A stretch of DNA of 64,000 nt from Phoronis australis (lineage: Eukaryota > Animalia > Phoronida). The DNA is taken from positions 663,655 through 727,654 of the forward strand of contig NMRA01000106.1 in NCBI GenBank assembly GCA_002633005.1, given 5' to 3'. The notes under the pieces were generated by a model that saw only the letters and a list, made by a program, of their open reading frames with translations, did no database searches and was not told where the DNA came from. Both the position numbers and the translations under genes were made by a program. Shown here one piece after another: positions 14,701 to 29,700 of the stretch (positions are counted from its first letter, which is position 1; each line of letters begins with the position of its first letter).

Positions 14701-17700
14701 GTGTAAGATAAAGTTGTATGTGAACACCATTGGTCGTTTTCTCCACCTGGTGAGCCAAACATAAACTACTGTACATGTAATTCTTCGCTTATTTGGCACA
14801 CAATGTGGGTGACGTGAAATTCCACTTTGTCACATTTCTTCAAAAAATAAAGACTGAAAACTTCAGTCTGTTTCTAGCCTGGTTTGTACTGTGTAAATCT
14901 CACAAAACAACATTTGGTAAAGTTTCCACAATTTGTAGCAAAGTAATCGGCATTTGGAAAATGGGAAAATAATAATTTTGGAAATTATTTTTGTGCAAAA
15001 TAAGTGGAAAATTAACCGTACATTTGCACTCTGCAATAAGCAATCAGACAGATACTTGCAAAAGAAAATATTTTTTCACTTTGAAAGATAAACTCAACTC
15101 TTGTTGCTATGATTTTCCATATTTTGCATTTTTCAAATGCTTGCTGTACTGGTGCAAATGCTTAGCATTCTAAGAAATGCTATTTGAAGATAAAAGTCAG
15201 ATACCAATTTTCCCACCATAATATGTACTTTACTGTAGAATCATACCCGTATTGAGTCAATATAAACAATAAGTGATTAGGTTTTAATAGAGTTTCATAA
15301 AAATTCTATTATAAAGTTTGACATGGCAAACATGAATACTTAAGCTCAACACACAAACACTTAAAAAGGCATCACTTAAAGACATCCATCCATCCACTTG
15401 ATCATAATGTAATCCAATACTATGGTACATCAATTTAATACAGGAAGTGTTCATTTATAGTTCACAAACGCCTATAGGCGAAGCAGTGTAACAAAGCTGT
15501 TTATACTACTACGCATATGGTAGACTCGAGTGAGTACAAAACTTACAAATTATCACTCACGCCGTGTTTGTAAAATAATTGGCAAAAAAACCCGCACTCA
15601 TTAGCTCAATTGCATAGCAGTTAGCGTTTTTCAGACGTTTTTTGCATGTCTGCATGCGGATGTTTTGCCCATTACTGTTGAAATCACCTCAGCTGTAAAG
15701 CCCCAACCAATCTAGCTCCATTTCAGCCACGTTGCTGGCAACTATCAACCAGCAGGGTCTGAGTCTTTGATCTTTGGATTCACACTTAACAACAGAGGCA
15801 TTCAATTAAATCTAAGGTGTTCCAGATGGAAGACAGAAGCAACCACGGGAGTCCGGTGATGATTAATAAAATAATACTAAAAGTTCAAAATCAAAATTAT
15901 ATGTAGAGTTGCTTCAGACAACAACATTGAGAACATCATTCTCAGTCACTTCTCTTAATAACAGAGCAAATTCCCAGTTGTAAGGCATTTACCCATAATG
16001 CCGTGCGTTCATAGGGCAGTTGACCCCCAGTAGTACACTGTTTCCCTGCTAAACTCTATTTTGCATTGATATTCATGTGTAATTTTTCCTTGAGACAGCA
16101 ATAAATTGCACTGTAAGTTGTAATGCAGACATAAATAATCGAAAAGCTGAATGAAACATGACAAATCATTCTTCGCATGCCCAACTCAGGCTCAGTATGT
16201 TAGCAACCCAACCTTTCGAAAACTAGGCCAATCACATGATGCATTTCCTACCTCCACAACAGAGGAGAGTTGAATTTGGGATGTGGGAATTGATAACAGC
16301 ATCTTTATCAAACAATAGGTCGTGGTTACCCAGAGGATAAGAGATACAAAAACCTTGGTACTAGGATTCAAGCACAGCTATCAACAAAATACCCTAATGG
16401 TACATGAAATGCAAAAATATCTCATCAAGAAAGACCAGCTACAATTGAGACCTCTCTACATATTCAGTTTCATAACAAAGTGATTGAAGTGAAACAAGAC
16501 TTTGAGTTTAAAAGAAATGAAGAATTGCTCTACCGTAATATGTCTCATCCATGGAGGCTTTGTATGGTTTCATTTCTCAAAATAACATGGATTCATTTTG
16601 TGTATAGCTAGTGTGCAAGAAATCCGTCTACTCCCAGTCAATATGGAAGCCAGGCGTACGCATTATCCAAGCATTACTGCAATCATCAAGGCAAGGCAAT
16701 GTAAATTTTAACAGACTTACCTGATGATGGGAGATCAGAGTTCAATTGGTGATCAGAGTTCAATTTATCCGCCATCTCCAAAATCTCTGCATCTTCTGTT
16801 CTATGACTTGCTTCATCTCTGGCCACATTCTACAAAGCAAAACAAACAGAATGGTACAGGTAATGTCTTAATTAATTGTTTCCATCTAGTGCCAATTAAT
16901 GCAGGCTCTTACATAATGTGACCATGCTTTCTGTGAAAACAATCTGATTGAAGTGTTTAATACATCATCTTCTCAGCTTGCAAAGGGAAGGAAGAGCCAT
17001 CAGACTGAGTACAACTGAACAGCTTCAGCATTCACAGCTTTGAGGCCTGCCTCGTGCTACCATTCACAAAAAAATTACTTAAAACATGGTCTCCACATCC
17101 AAGATACATAATTTTCAATTTTCACCAGTTATCTTTTCTAAAAAGTATACTAATAGTAATTTTTCAAATGACTTTTGCTCGGCATAAATGACAGCATGAA
17201 TTGCACTATGGAGGGTCACATGTACTTATCTTAGACAAGTTTACTGGTCTTCCCCAAGTGTTATTGTCCTGTTTAATTTTCCACGACTTTTCTATTCATT
17301 ATTCATGACTTTTCTATTCTTTTTTCATGTTTCCCAGGTTGAGGGGGACTACCAACAACAGTCAATTCTGACATTACTCAGTTCTGACAAAACATTGATA
17401 CACAGTGACGGAATCATTGCTGTTCCATTTTTAAAACACACCAAAACATCTGGAGAGGAATTTAGAGGTCTTTAATTCGGCGAGTTACCGTACTGTTTCT
17501 AATTTTACATGATTACGCACACACTGTGTGCCAAGAAATGTTTCTTGATTGCTTCTACAGCTAGACTGCCCACTGCAAACTTGACTTACAGCCAAGTTCC
17601 TTCAAGTGCGAACATCATGAGGTGAATAAATAAAATCTTACTCTGTCAAATTTCTTGACAAAAATGAATATGAAAATTTTTACTACTAATCATTACTTGG

Positions 17701-20700
17701 TTCGAAATGTACACACATCATCAAACAACACACGAAAAAGCATTTTATCACTGTTATTGGTTCAATTTCAAATCAGAGGAAATACTCCTTAGCATCTTTG
17801 TTATAGCTTGATTTATGTTAACAAAATGAGAGATATTGAGGAAATAAGACTATTTTAACTTGGTACATCTCATTTCACAAATTGCCAGTGTCGAATGGTT
17901 GGATTTAATTTTGCTATCCTCAAAAAAGATCGAGTCGAAGTGGAGCTCATTAGTGTTATTTTTGGCTTCATAAACATTTTGTTATTTTTTCATCTCACCT
18001 AAAACTTGGCACTTTTTTACCTTCCCCCTCTAACGCCCAATATATAACTTTGCTTTGCTGCTGTATGTGATGAAAACCAACTACCAGTAATATCCCTGTG
18101 AAAATTGACTTTGATTTTGAAAAAAAAGTTATCAAGCAGCTGACGCCATTGGAAAATCCACAATCGATCAGAAAACTGTCAAAAAAAATCTCCACAACAT
18201 TGCCTTTCAACATTCACAAGACTTTAAAAGCAGATGACTACCTTTCAAGTCACATCTCAGTCTGTCCAGGGTGGCGACACAATGAAATCAAATCCAGGGA
18301 CCAGCCTCCCTCATCCCACTGAGTGAGGTGTTTATGTAATTAGTACTAATTACTTTCACATGCCCATTCCACTTGTATTCAATCACACATGTGTGTTGAC
18401 AAAAATCCTTCCCTGTTATTATGTTGTCACAGTACTCATTATGGACAGGGCTGTGTTTTCATACAAGGCATAGGTTGATAATGAAACAGAGCTGACCTAG
18501 TGGGTTCCAGACTTGTAGGGGATAACCAACAACTCGCATTTAACAGGTTGCAACATTGAACAGCAATTTTATAAGGTGCAACCCCTGATGAACACACGGA
18601 CTAAGTTAGAACAGTGAAGCTGTAAAATTTGCAACAGATAGTTACACTTCCCAAATTGAAACTGAAAGAGGGTCTGATGCTCATTTTAGAAAAAAAAAGG
18701 ATATGGAAACAAAGCAAATGTACTCCACAAGCTTGATACGTTTTAAACAGAGAAACAAATCGCTTTTGCAATATTCCTCAGGGACTATCAACAAACAGGT
18801 ACATTAAAAAGTCAGTGACACAAGCAAGTTGTATGATGTCACACTCAACATGGCTACTAGTATTCCGCTGGAAAGGCAGCTTTGTGATTGGCTACTGTAC
18901 ACATATCAACACTCACAGTAAATATTAGCAAGACCAGAACAAGCAACCCATCAATTCGGGTTAATAAACTAGACAGCAAAAGAAGACTGGACAGTTCTGT
19001 TATCAAATAACACAGTTGAGTAGCCATTACACTTAAGGGTCATTCACAATATTATCAACAACTCAGGAAGCCTACAAGAGAGTTACTGCACATGACCTCC
19101 AAGACCAGACCAGCAGGGTCATGATAAAGTGTGTAAACTTACGCACGATTTTATAGAAGAACAGCAAATTAAAGTTGAAAATGTAGCGCAATTCTAAAGC
19201 GAACTCACTTTCAATGACAAGACATTCAATACATGCTAAAATCTTGTGCTTATATCGATTTCAAATGTGAAATGCACATCGAAAAAATCCAGTGAGGAGG
19301 CCCTCTGATTCACTCAAGAATATATAGTACATGTCACAAGTTTTCAGACAAAATAACCCGTAATGCCCGTAATTCCTGATGGCTGGGCGTAAGCCGAATT
19401 CATCGTCAGGATAGTCTTCGCTCACGACCAAGAATTAAGAGGAACTTTAACAAGAAAGTTAGTAAAGAAGCAAAGCCATCCTGTAATTAGAATTTTGTAA
19501 CTATAATAAAAGACAGTTTTGGAATTGACAAAAATTACGGTTATGAGAGAGAATCAGTGTCTCACCTTTGTTATGTACTGCAGAAAACAGTCCCTTACCT
19601 CTAAATCCCCGTTGTCACCACGTTCCACATTTAAAAAGGGCTTGTGGTTCTCCATTGGCACGTGCACTTCATCACCGTCATCGCCATCGTCTTCATCCAT
19701 TATCTCTTGTATGACCACATCTTGAACATCCGCTGGTGTAAGATCATCGTGGGCGCTAGCCTCACCCCCTTCGCTGGTCTGAGTCACCAACGCAATATTG
19801 GCATCGTCATCACCATCGTCATTTAGCTGTAACGAGTCCGGTCTGTCTATATTGTCGCCACCAACAGTTCCATCGAAAGTGTGCACCGCCTTCATGTTAT
19901 CCATATGACTATCACTAGGCATCTCAGTATTGTCATCAACATTGTAAGTCCCATTTTGCTGTTCCAAGTGGACAGCAAAGGTTTCATTTTCCCTTTGTTC
20001 TACTGGATTAACAAAATGTTTTTGCTCATCATTTGGCAAACTGTCGCTGTCATTAATAACGTTCACTCCATAAGTAGCATTCAGTGCCTCTAAATGTCTC
20101 CCTCGCGTGTGGGAAATCATAGGTGTAGACTGTAAACAAGGCCCCCCCAAGACCTCTGGTACAATATCTTTGGGTTCAACAGTATAGGGATCTCCAAATG
20201 GAGACAACAAATTAGTTTTATGAAGTTCTTCCTCGGTGAGAAGGTCAAGCTCGCAAGATTTTTCAAGAAGATGGGATCCTGCTAAGATATCTAGTGGTGC
20301 ATTTTCGCTGACCTCGGCATTATTTACTTCCTGCTTTACATCGGGGCTCAACATATGAGATGACGGTGGGGTAAGTAAATCAGGAACACAGGGTTCTTTC
20401 TTGAATGTCAAATTAAGATTCGATTGTGACGGCACATTGTCTCCACGATCACCCGTTTGTTGATAATTCTTGCCAACGTCAACAGGCACGGTGAACGTCG
20501 AGTTCAATTCTCCTTCACGGTTTGGCTCTCCAATCTGCAGCTCGGCATTCTTGATGTGGCTTTTAGGACATGGAAGCTTAGAGGAAATCATGGGCAACTT
20601 GGATACTTTCGACTTGGGGATGTCACCGTCACTACCACTTTCACCCCCACCGCTGCTGCCCTCTGCCTGACCACAGTAAGATTTAGGTCGTACCAACTTT

Positions 20701-23700
20701 GATTTGAACCTCCGCTTGACGGGGGAATGTTGATCACTGTTCTCTGTTTGTTTCGAACTTAGATCAGTGCTAATGGCTTCGTGACAACTCTGTACCATGC
20801 GTGCTCCCGGCGGCTTGATTCCTGATGGTGCTCCAGTGGGTGTTAACCTGGACCGGACGGTGACTACTTCCAACTGAACCTTGGTGGCAGGGGCAAAGAT
20901 GCCGTGATAATCCGCACATGTGAAGTACCTCACACCCTCCACCTCTCCTCCATGTTTTCCATCGGGGTCGTCGAGAGCAATCCCACACCATATTCCATCA
21001 GCAAAGTGTGTATGGCCAAAGTATTGCAGTACACCTGGCTTAACTCCGCTAATGGTGACACGGTCACCAACCTTCAGTTCTTTGTTCCCAATATCTGGAT
21101 CACTAGGTGACAGGCTGCAACGCGTAGTGGTCTCCCCTGAAGGCTGGACAGGGGAGACAACGGACTCAGCAGGTGGAGACCTCTGGCGGCTGCTAAACGT
21201 CTTTGGTGCAGGCAGGAAGGAACGACGCTTTTTTGCCCCGCCATGAGCGGTGGGATTGTCCTCAGAGCTTGGTGGCGATGCCTAGAAAGAGGAATTTTAG
21301 ATTTTAATCTTCAAAGTGCTAAAAAATGTCCAAGCAAATATCACAGAGAGTCTATAAATGATGACGAAAATAAACTGCTCTCTACCACTATCGTTCAAAG
21401 TTTTCCTGAGTTCTCATTTCACATGATGTCATGCAAGGAACTGTTTTGATAGTTCTTGTTTCACTTTGTAAGAACTTCAGTGAGGACTAAGGTATGAGGC
21501 AGCTTTTTTCAGATCTTGCAAGTTCTAATAATAGGGGACTGGTAATCAGTATCTTCCATCATAACAGCTTAGTATGTCCCTCTGTATCCATGTGCAATAT
21601 ATCCAATTTTGAAAACTCAATTCCATGTTGTTTTCAGAATACCCAATGCCAACACATCAAAATCAACCCCACTAGTATGTATTATTTCCATCTTAACTCA
21701 ACAACCACTTGTACTGGTAAGTTAACTTCAGTTAAGTTATTTGACACATGACAGTTAGCAACAAAACATTAGCAGTAGCAATAAACATTCATATAAAATA
21801 CACCATGTGTTCTTCAATAGTCCACTTCAAATTCTCAAAATGTCCTTGAAAATCCCCACAACTGTTGGCATGTTGACTCAGCATGCAAACATTAAAACTG
21901 TAGTGTTTGCAATGGCTACTGGAGGTTATCGGCCATAGTGCATTCTGTAGTGAGCCTTGAATCCTGGCCAGGAGCAGGGACAAAAAGTGAGGTTAATCTC
22001 ACTGTAGTAACTACATGAAGACAGCTGTCATCATTATCAGTAAAGCCAGGCCAAAATAAACACCCAAGGACATGATGGAAATGAATGGGGAAAACACTAG
22101 AACATAACAGCTTTTGATCAAGTGTACTTCTGCAATATTTGTCCATTCCACTATGAACAAATTACTGTGGAATTCCACAACGGAATACACAAATATCATG
22201 AAAACTATTATTATACGCAATTAACTGAGGGATTCAATTTCATTTATAAGCGGATGGACAAATCCTGTGGAAAGGCATTTCAGTAAAAAAAGGCCAATAT
22301 CCAATCTTCTCGTTTAATTTCATCCCCGCAAGAAAATGAAACAGGAAACAATTTTCTCTCTTACATCGTTATTGTCCGAAAGCAAGAGTTTGACCCTGAA
22401 TGATTTTGGTAAGTGTGGCATTTGACCAGACGCTGTTGAAATGCCTTTGTCTTTTTACCATTAGATAGTTCAGTACAAGACAAAAGTAACAAGACAAAGT
22501 ACTGCTTTCCCGTCATGGCGGCTAGGTCTGCAAACAGCCCAGTCTGAGTGATTTTGTCTTATACTGTAGCTGTACCTGACATTTGTTCACTTAATACTCT
22601 CTTACATAGAAACATTTAATGATTGAGACAAACTGTAAATAGACTCTATGCTATACCAGTGACATAAACAAGGTATAAAGCAACACAAAATTACAGTCTT
22701 TGCCCTAAGGGACAAGGCGATTGTATCATAGGGACAACGGTCAAGGTACCTAACCTAGAGAGCATTGACCAGCCAATAACACAGTTTTCACATTCACACC
22801 ATGAACCTACAGTAAAAACAATAATTCACTGCACCCTGAGGATAAAATGCCAATTTCAATAACGACTTTCAAACCACTGACGTCAATCTCCATAGAAACG
22901 TGTAAAGAAAACACTTGCTGGATATCAGTCTACATATCTTAACAAGTTAGAATACCTTAAGTACCTACAATTCTGTGGAACTTGACAACATCTCACCTAA
23001 GGACATCTGTATACATCACTGAACAAGCTCAACAGTAGACTGGTAACAGTTTGGGCTTGACCCTCTTACATGTAATAAGGTTCAATACATAGTCAAAATA
23101 TCCTGTTCACACTGTGATACTAAAAAGTTGAGCTTGTTTGATGATGTAAACTGATGTACTTAGGAGAGCTGTTGCCAACAACCCCAACAATTATGTTCAA
23201 GATTGGTTGACAATATATGGTTGTCTACAGTCTGAGTTTAAACTTTGAATTAACATGTAACCTCAAGATCATGATCACTAAAGCACTCAGGTAAATCTTA
23301 CGGTTCAGTATTTAAAATTTTTCCAATCAATCTCCCCGCAATAATTGTCCCCACAATCTCCCCACAATAATTGTCCCCACAATCATTGTACCCACAACTA
23401 CTGGCCCCACAATCACTCATTTTCTGCATTATCACAGCATTGGAGGAATATGAGAATGATTAATCAATTATTGTTTGGTGAATAAGATCAACAATTGTTG
23501 GAAGATTAATTAAAACTGACAGTACTTGAGCAAATAGTAGCACCTCCACTAAAAACAAATATTCTAGGACAACTGGGTGACAACTATCCTGCCTGGAACA
23601 ATCCTTAACCTAGCAGACTTGCACTGGTTATTACTTGAAACAATACACCACAGATTGGATTACCACCACCAGGGGGCACTCAGGTTGCACATGACAACAT

Positions 23701-26700
23701 GACAACCCTTTACTAGCCATTAAACTGCATAAAACACATTACGAGCATGGGAGGAAGTTGACAATATTTTTGATGGGAGTGCAGCTGGAAAATTAGAACA
23801 CCCAAGAATGGGCCTATTTGTAGGGCGCTCCCATGCAAACGTCATTCTTTTGAAGTATTATGCTCCAGAAACACCCTTTTGCAGGGCTTAATTATTTTTC
23901 TTATCCTTTAGTATGGATTCTTTGATCGCTGAATTTTTAACCAAATAAAGCTTGAAAATATACAACCTTCTCTCTAAGTCTTGATTGAGTCTCAAAGTAA
24001 ACCTTTTTGTAGGAAATTCCATCAGAAAAGCACCTTTTGTAAATTTTGTAAAAAGGGTACCGTTTCAAAAAGAAACCAGCCGCAAAAAGTGATTTTGAGC
24101 CAAACATCCTATATACCTCTTCAAACAATAGGAGTACCCCCAAGATTCAGGCTCAGGTCAAAAATCCACATTGAACCATGAATGAGCCCAGTGCTTAACC
24201 CATTCACTACTCTACACTCACCATTATTCAAAGCCCATGACTATCAACAGTGTAGCACCATGGCCATCTGTATTGGCACCACACTAACACCAACCACAGT
24301 AGCCAGCCATAGACACTGACTCCCAACAGACACTGACTCCCAACAGACACTGGCTTGCTAACAGACACTGGCTAATAAACAATTTGTGCTGAATTCAGAA
24401 GGAACTCTGGTGATTGCTGATTGGCTGAAATCAGCTAAGCAGACTGTAGCCCGGAGAAGCAGCATTCTGGAATCAGAGCCATAAACACTTGCAGACCCAA
24501 GAATGTCGAACTTAACCTTTGATGAAATCAAACCTGGGGAATCCATTCCGCTGTTGAGGGGCTCTGACCACAGCCAACATGAATGAATGGCTGCAAAAGC
24601 TTAGAATGATCAAGGTTCTGCACCCAGAATTATGTGTACAAACTGTTATGTGAAACTAATACATTTGTAAACATTGGTGTACTAGGCTCACTGGCAGGAA
24701 ATAATGAATGTCTTGTGAAATTTGTTTATTTCCAATCAAACAGATTGGATTAAATTTCTAGAATCAATCAACTACAGATGTGTGGCAAATGTACGAGACA
24801 ATGGGTAATTTTTTATACAACAAAAAATCAAATTCTGAAACTGAGCATTAAAATCTCCAGATCACAACATTTCGGTAAATAACGCATAATCCACTGGTAC
24901 GAGAGAGGATACTACAGATGTGCGGTATATACGAGTCCCAGAGTGATTTTTGAGACTACAAAAAATTCAATTCTGATACTGAATATTCAAATCTCTAGAT
25001 CACAGCATTTCAGTAAGTACCCCATTATCGTAATGTTGCCTTCCCCTAAGCAAAAATAACACAACTCCTTCGCTAACTACCCTTTACCTTCCTATTAACT
25101 CCTGTCCAGTAGTGACATTGCACCTACCGCTAGTTCTAGGATTAGACACCAGATGGTGTAGATGATTCGCATTCTCATTGACCAATAATATTTGACAACT
25201 TTTTGCACAATGGAGGATTACTGGTGTTGTGATTGGTTGTCCCGATTTGGCGGAGTATGTATCGACCAATAAATGATTGTTAACTCGAGATCAATTCATG
25301 TATCGGTACATAATGTTTGCGGGAGTTGACAGCAGTGTTTTTGATATAAATTGTTGATTTTAAGCACTTTAAGGCTGGGAATTGCACCTTCCAACTGACT
25401 GAAGCTTAATGCAAAATAAAAGTTACAGCACCAATGGGAAAAGCTACAAAAATGTCATATATTCACAGCGCGAATGTGCAACTGGTCTTGCACTGATTAC
25501 TAAGATTCCAGGAATACTATTTGATCACGCGTTAGTCGGTACCATCACTATTTCAACCACAGTGTACTTGGCGTGCATAACCTGACTTCATTTCAGTGCA
25601 AAATATCGATGACATTCCTGCACACCAATTCTAAGCATACCTTGCAATACTAGGCAGCATGTGCAGTTTCTGGCATGAATACCATGAGAAAACATCCAAG
25701 GCAGTGACGCAAACTCTCAAAGACATGTTTCTACCTTCATTCAACACATTCCTAAAAATAGGTGACACAATTCCAGGTATTAATACCACTAACACTTCAG
25801 CGAATTTGTGTCTGTTCCCCTGGGTTCACAACTTAGACCCACTATTACAGTGGGACACACGGGTATTTCAATGGTAAGCTTGAATTGCTTTGACTTCATA
25901 TTTGTCAGCAGAAAAAATCAAGTCTCTGATGTATGATTTACATGACATTTTTCAGTTTGATACAACTGTACTGCTATTGAGAAGGTGTATGTGGACAGCA
26001 TTTTTGACATATTAGACCATTACACTGGAAGTTCTTGTTGGTACCATATGTCCTCCTGTAAGAAATTCTTTCGTGGTACTTTTCGAATGTCAATTAGTCT
26101 CAACTTTATTATGCTAACTTGATGTTGCAGAGTTTTGGGTTTCCAAAAATACAATGTTGTTTGACGATTGCCTTCCTCATATTTTCAAAGACAAATACCG
26201 CTAGAGCAAGTAAACAAGAGCAACGCCCACGAATGCATCGCAAATGGTGTGCTTTCAGGGTTGTTTATTTGTATCATTAAAATGGCCAGTAGATGGTGCA
26301 AAATACATCGAATCCGTCTGAAAACAAAAAAATGTCATCGTTTCTTTAAAAGAAAGCCATTTACCAACTTTAATTAAAATTCGCTGAGGAACTTCAGAGA
26401 AACAGAGGAAAAAAAATAAACAAAATTGCCACTAGGGTGCACAGTGTTCATCAGATCCGTCTAAAAGTCGTCATCTTCTCTCATTAACTTCATATAAATT
26501 CACGTGCTAAATTTAATAAAGATCCTGCAGAGGGCTTAGGAGATGCAGCCGCGGACCCCGGACACCCAGACGGAGAAGATGACTATATGCGACCACATAT
26601 AAATATGTGGGCGCATAAAAATGACATGGTGTCATATTGTGTAATCTTTGAAACATAAACAGCATTGATATAAGGTGCACTTGACATGGAGCAGCTGACA

Positions 26701-29700
26701 TGGAATAGCTCATTAGGTGCAAGTATGCCTGTAAACATGACTGACATGGAGCAAATTGACACCACAATGGCCATTTTTGTCACCAGTTTGAAAGGTTGAG
26801 CAATGACATGTTTAATCAGACTGAGGCAAGGTGGAAGGGATCATTTTTTTATTGTGCTTGCAAAAAACCATACATACAGGAGATCGCATTGTGCTGACTG
26901 CCCTCGTATAATTGACTTCTGTGCTGATCCAGTTGGCCATAATGTAGTGTAAATGCAACTGAAGTGGGGTAACTCGCGCTGTGACAACTTACCCCTTGGC
27001 AAGTGTTCCTCGTGAAAAAATGGCTATGCCTTCGCACACACAACGTGCTTATAAACATATGGTACCAAACGAGTTCCTGATTTTTGTCACTACCAAATTT
27101 GAAAAATACACGCCAGACTTTCCACCAAGAAAGAAAGTCAATCAGTTATTACATCAGGACAATTTTAATCAATACTTGATCTGATAGTAAAAACTATGAG
27201 AAAAAGATAGTCAGCAACAGAATATGTAAACACATGTATGTGGGTGAAGAAGAAATCAATGAACGTCCATAAAAGTCTGCAAGGGTCAATGAATGATCCA
27301 CAACACCATGCATGAGAGCGAGATGCATTTGAAAAGGTGCAAGACCATGACATCTTTGAGAAGTATGTTTGGTGAAAAACGTACGGTAACCATAAGACCA
27401 CGAAAAGTACCAGAAATAAACAAGAAATAGAAAAATGCTCTTTTGAAACACGGAAGCCAACCAAAGAACCTATTAAGCTTTTCACACGTTTAAAACACTT
27501 AACACAAATAGTTATTATGTACTTCTTGTTTCCAAGCGTACAAGCAAAATTACCCAAACCAGGTGCATTCTGCTGAATTCGAACCCTGCACTCAAATTTT
27601 AGTAATTGACAACTTTTGAGGTCTGTTTCATGACAAGTGACTTAAGACTTCCAGAAATTTGTCTTGTGCCAAACACGTATAGTCTCAGTTACTTTATTCT
27701 TCTGTTAAAGCAAATTTTAACCATTTTTCAGAAAAAATTTTAACTAGTTTTCATCAGCAGAAGACTGAATTTCTGTCTTTAAGTTTCCATGAAACAGGCC
27801 CTTTAAGTTACAGACCTTTGATTACAATTCATTCTTACTTCAATACACATGTACTGCACTTCCTCAGTATCTATTGATTTCCATTCAGTGATGAGTACCA
27901 GATATTGATAAATTACCTCAACTGACTTTGCAGAAAGATTTCTAGTAATATTGTTTCATTTAACTTTAACTGCATCAATGACATCTGTCTAATTACAAAT
28001 AAGTCAGATTCATAAACGGACTTGAAGTTACAAAGGTTTTCAGTCTTGAAATTCAAAGACAAGAATCTTTAAATTCATACATTTGAGTATGAACAAATAA
28101 TTAAACTTAAATCCATCATTTTTTTTTTAAATAACTAGTCCTCCAATTGTTTTGGAGTTTTTGTAGATCGAATATTTGTATTTCTTGTCATAGTAGGTCA
28201 AACAAACGCATTAGCTCATACATTGTTTCATTATCTTGCACTAATTAACGGCAAAGACACTAAAATGATTTCCGATATTTTTGAAATTGGACCTAGGTTG
28301 GAAAATGTAAATACCTTGAATTACAATTAAATGTATAACCACCTGTGTTAAAAACAGAATGTTCAGTCACGCAAGACTAGAACAAACCACTCATGCACAA
28401 GTGCATCAAATTATCTCTGATCAAAATGTAGACATTCGGAAGTTAAAACAGTCAGAGCAAAACCAACCACCCACGGGACATTTTACCTCCACTGGAGCTG
28501 GACACAAAAACTGAAAGACACAAACAGAGCATTGATGCAGAAAAGATAAATTATGTTACTCAGTCTCTCTAATTACAAAGCAGGATATGAGTCATGTTGT
28601 ACTACCGTATATCACAAATTAAACATCATCATTGGTTCATTACACTTGTATGTCATGTGAAGCTTTTAGCTAAATTGTAAAAAAAAACTATTCAGGAATT
28701 ATGACTCAACAAAAAGCATGTAAAAATTCTTCAGTATGCGACAGTCTCTAAAATTTGGGTTATTGAAATTCAAGCCAAAATTGAATTTTCTTGATTCTGA
28801 AGATCAAAACATGGATAATTATGGCATTCACCATTTCGTTCTCAAATATCAGACAATGAATTCGATTTTGTAACAAAATGCAAAATTCATCTTCTCATAA
28901 TTCTTGAGTTTACAACAGCCAATGTACTATGATTTCTAAACTCCAGTAAAAGTTCTGATCTTGAGCAAAATAATAATTTTTTCACTGTCCCAATCTGGAG
29001 AATTTGTAGCATAGCATGACTTGACTTTGTAATTAACTTCAGAATGCATTAGACACTTTTACAGAATGGAGGTCTGAGTTCAACATACTCCACGGAGAAG
29101 CTTTTCAAATTTGGGTTCAGTGACAAAAAACACTGAAAACAAAAAATTGACAATCATCCTACGAACATAGCACAAAATGAAATGGGTTGATAAGACCTAT
29201 GACTCTTCCAGACTTCCAATAGGTTTTGCCACATTCTCCCAACTAGAGGCAACTGTTTAGATTTCGTGGTGAACTGTCCATTTTTGGACAATGACTCACA
29301 TGCTGGCCCTAATCTAGGAACAAAGTATCAGATAATCATTCAATCCTCTGGTGAAGAATTTTGATGTTGAGTGAACATAAGAAAAATGACAATACATCTC
29401 CTCGATTAAATCAATTTTGAAATATTAAAAAAGCTTATTACGCACAAGAATAACGTTAGCCCAGATTATCGTTTTAACTGAGCATAGTTCATTCATAATA
29501 CATTTTTGTAACTAACACAAAAATCGGAGCACAGGAGAAATTCAATATTCGCTTTTTTCATGAAGAACCTGAAAGCTGCATCTGATTTGCAGCAAATGAG
29601 AAAAAATTGGCACTATTCCAACAGTGTGTACTATATTTGTGACATCACAGTGTAGACCATAATAAAATAAAAGTACACTACATTTTCAAAACAGTAACAA

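Noticed and set aside
24358-24546. ATG-initiated 62-aa minus ORF as an alternative first exon of the CAP-Gly gene
   Set aside because: Only a weak donor (AAG|GTTAAG) and no other support; the ORF runs into a tandem repeat.
27165-27557. 130-aa ORF duplicated at 30958-31359
   Set aside because: Non-ATG start, intron-like composition, different C-termini between copies; repeated only because of the haplotype duplication.
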